A stretch of DNA of 63,314 bases, the filler included, from Octopus bimaculoides (Eukaryota): assembly GCF_001194135.2 (NCBI RefSeq). It is 9 parts of 9 records of this genome, joined end to end, with 100 filler letters (N's around TTAATTAATTAA, not from the genome) between each part and the next. Parts side by side here need not be neighbours in the genome. Positions count along the whole stretch, not along the records: positions 61,653 to 63,314 come from NC_068995.1; 8 more parts are not named here. One strand, given 5' to 3'. This document shows, piece by piece, positions 63,093 through 63,314 of this stretch; position 1 is the first letter of the stretch; every line of letters begins with the position of its first letter. The notes beneath the pieces are model-generated. The model did no database searches and was not told where the DNA came from. It worked only from the letters and a program-made list of their open reading frames with translations. The position numbers and the translations under genes are program-made.

Positions 63093-63314
63093 TTTTTTTT
63101 TTTTTTTTTTTGATGATGCTTGGTTTCACAATTCCTGTCATCATTCAGCCTAGCAGCTGCTGATTAAGTAGTAATTTGGTAATGGAAGGTTAAGGGCTTC
63201 CTTGATGCCTGCCAGAGAAGCAAGTAGCTATCACCATCGAAGGCATCGTGGTGAAGAGTGCTTCGTTGAGGAGCGAGGAGTTGTCACGTAGAAGGTCTGT
63301 CGCTCAACTGACTT
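63093..63314 (-). mobile_element. Probable poly(A)-tailed retroposon 3' end inside the MTO1 intron
   Basis: T19 run at 63093-63111 followed by a more GC-rich unique tract running to the window end; family not recognised. Confidence 0.4.

Noticed and set aside
63112-63170. C/D-box snoRNA (TGATGA ... CTGA)
   Set aside because: No terminal stem, short spacing, and it directly follows a poly-T run better explained as a retroposon tail.

Overview
Eukaryotic, AT-rich, repeat-dense DNA from a gapped draft assembly. The SINE/MITE complement and microsatellite load resemble an octopus (cephalopod) genome; this is inference from repeat style, not a database match. Nearly all ORF-track entries are microsatellite or N-gap artefacts. 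Two host-gene exons are recognisable by manual translation with canonical splice sites, both on the + strand. One is a glutaminyl cyclase (QPCT/QPCTL family) exon at 30053-30190, with weaker candidate exons at 28796-28822, 33011-33037 and 39427-39475. The other is an MTO1/GidA (MnmG family) exon at 62680-62753. The rest is transposon debris: a FLYWCH-MULE (Phantom-like) element, a Helitron helicase fragment, a Buster/Charlie-like hAT, two mariners, Penelope-like elements (Neptune-type RT, GIY-YIG fold-back, hammerhead-like pLTR), HERO, RTE and R4/Dong-like LINE pieces, about 25 SINE copies in at least 4 families, and several MITEs. The most unusual structures are a palindromic element with TTAGGG-like and CCCTAA-like repeats in fusion orientation (25406-26459), a ~730-bp Penelope fold-back, a SINE triplet with a triplicated target site, and an apparent CpG-rich to CpG-poor transition near the start of QPCT. 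I found no convincing evidence for a wholly new biological system and no rRNA, true tRNA or CRISPR array.
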